Positions 62,038-64,000 of a DNA stretch of 64,000 bases are shown here, piece after piece. The stretch spans positions 36,394,001 to 36,458,000 of the forward strand of contig OZ287754.1 of NCBI GenBank assembly GCA_965649765.1, read 5' to 3'. A model generated the notes under the pieces. That model did no database searches and was not told the origin of the DNA. It saw only the letters and a list, made by a program, of their open reading frames with translations. The DNA is from Bispira polyomma. Lineage: Eukaryota. Both the position numbers and the translations under genes were made by a program. The first letter of the stretch is position 1. Each line of letters begins with the position of its first letter.

Positions 62038-62870
62038 AGACAGTTGTGCCTTTGATGTCATGTGTTGCTAGTTCTTCACTGCTACAGCCTGTTATAGTTA
62101 TCCAGGAGGCCAGCGTTATACCAGCATCTGACATAGTGACAGTTGTGCCTATGATGTCATGTGTTGCTAGTTCTTCACTGCTACAGCCTGTTATAGTTAT
62201 CCAGGAGGCCAGTGTTATACCAGCATCGGACAGTGTGACAGTTGTGCCTGTGATGTCATGTGTTGCTAGTTCTTCACTGCTACAGCCTGTTTTAGTTATC
62301 CAGGAGGCCAGTGTTATACCAGCATCGGACAGTGTGACAGTTGTGCCTGTGATGTCATGTGTTGCTAGTTCTTCACTGCTACAGCCTGTTATAGTTATCC
62401 AGGAGGCCAGTGTTATACCAGCATCGGACAGTGTGACAGTTGTGCCTGTGATGTCATGTGTTGCTAGTTCTTCACTACGGTAGCCTGTTATGGTTATCCA
62501 TAAGGCCAGTGTTATACCAGCATCTGACATAGTGACAGTTGTGCCTGTGATGTCATGTGTTGCTTGTTCCGTACTGCTACAGTCTAGTATGGTTATCCAT
62601 AAGACTAGTGTTATACCAGCATCTGACAGTGTGACAGTTGTGCCTGTGATGCCATGTGTTGCTTGTTCCTTACTGCTACAGTCTAGTATGGTTATCCATA
62701 AGACTAGTGTTATACCAGCATCTGACAGTGTGACAGTTGTGCCTGTGATGCCATGTGTTGCTTGTTCCTTACTGCTACAGTCAAGTATGGTTATCTATAA
62801 GACCAGTGTTATACCAGTATCTGGCAGTGTGACAGTTGTGCCTATGATGTCATGTATTGCTATTTCTTCA
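62038..62870. repeat. 99-bp tandem repeat (~8 copies), open reading frames on both strands
   Basis: Period 99 (gacagttgtgcct at 62138 and 62237). The minus strand encodes TVTLSDAGITLASWITITGCSSEELATHDITGT repeats. Confidence 0.95.
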
Positions 62871-64000
62871 GTTTCGGGATGGGTTGACTGAAGCAATGGA
62901 GTGATGAGGCAATCTTGTGGTGTCATTACCTAGTCAAGTGGACATATTGTCACATGTAATTGTAGCTGTGTATCAGTTTGCTCGGATTTTAAAAGGTAAG
63001 GTTAATGAAGGTTAGTATATGTAGTGTGTGAAGAGATGTAGTAAAACGAATGGTTTGAGCATTTATTCCGTACATTTGAAGACATTAGTTCACAGGGTAA
63101 AAGGGGTTAAAATTATTTTTTTTAAATTGTAAAGATAAAGTTAAAACACCCACAACGATGGTGTTTTTCTTTGGCAGGGCCTTTATTATACTGAAAAGCC
63201 TTGTTGGACAAGATATATAAATGTTTAAACATGTTCTTTTAACAAGGTTCTCTTTTTATACATAAGTGTTATATAACTATATGCTGTACTAGGTATGTTT
63301 TATGTATTAACAGCACAGCACAATTAATACATTTCAGATAATGTTTAGACATGCAAAACAGCACATATTTTGGGTGAGTTCGAATAAGAGGTAATATTTT
63401 TGATATGGGTTTCTTATTCATGGTTTAAGTAGTTGCTTCTAAATAATTTGAATTTAGTCAGAATTGACATCGCTTTCAACAGCTTTGGTCATATCATGCT
63501 GGCCAGATTTATTAACATTTGAGCCATTCTGATGTCGGCCGATGCAGTGCTTTTTTCATCCGATATGTAATAAATATTTGTGGGATGTTGATGGTCAAGA
63601 AAGCTTATTGTATTACAATTGCTTTTTTTGCATCAAAAACAACGGATAATAATAATATGAAGACTGAATTTCCCCATTTTTTTTGGAAAGTTGGACCGAC
63701 CTCCCAATTTTTGTACTCCCAGAGTAACATCTGAAGGTACAGACATATGCTGACATCAGATCAGATCTCACAAAAATCTGATCAAAGGAAGTACTTCATA
63801 ACATATAATAGTGACCGATAAATTTGGTCGTCTTCACCGACATTGGCCAGCAAAAATCAGCTAAAAAGAAAGCATTGGCTTAGCCGATCAACCGGTGCGA
63901 GGCCCAGATAATTTGCTCATGGTCATTTGGAGGCATTTTACCTTATTGTGCCCTGATCTGTGTCAAAAAGACTAAAAAAATAAGTCCCTTCAGCTTATAC

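Overview
AT-rich, intron-containing eukaryotic DNA, most likely a marine invertebrate (lophotrochozoan-like; the taxon is an inference from gene and repeat types). I reconstructed three host genes by hand from GT-AG junctions with matching phases. (1) A 5'-incomplete, 13-exon NWD1/NWD2-like DUF4062-NACHT-WD40 STAND gene (1157-17862, +, at least 2114 aa) whose Walker A lysine is replaced by Ile. (2) A 4-exon secreted Cys-rich IGFBP-like plus follistatin/Kazal-like gene (23061-27151, +). (3) A 4-exon secreted LRR plus PAN/apple-like gene (48623-44940, -). The main mobile element is a nearly intact 5.6-kb tyrosine-recombinase retrotransposon (DIRS/Ngaro-like; gag, RT-RNase H, YR; 36513-42096). 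It has 18-bp terminal inverted repeats that would form a lox/att-like palindrome on circularisation, and a 5-bp CAGGT core occurs at both host junctions. It also has a phase-matched splice donor/acceptor pair that would give a Gag(N)-recombinase fusion for a YR ORF lacking an upstream ATG. This is the best candidate for an undescribed mechanism. The rest of the window holds PIF/Harbinger remnants, L2/CR1 LINE fragments, a Ginger-like element carrying Ulp1-PHD remnants, MITEs, SINE remnants and many minisatellites. These include a tRNA-derived array and two arrays that amplify exon ends together with their splice donors. No database searches were run, so all family assignments come from motif recognition.
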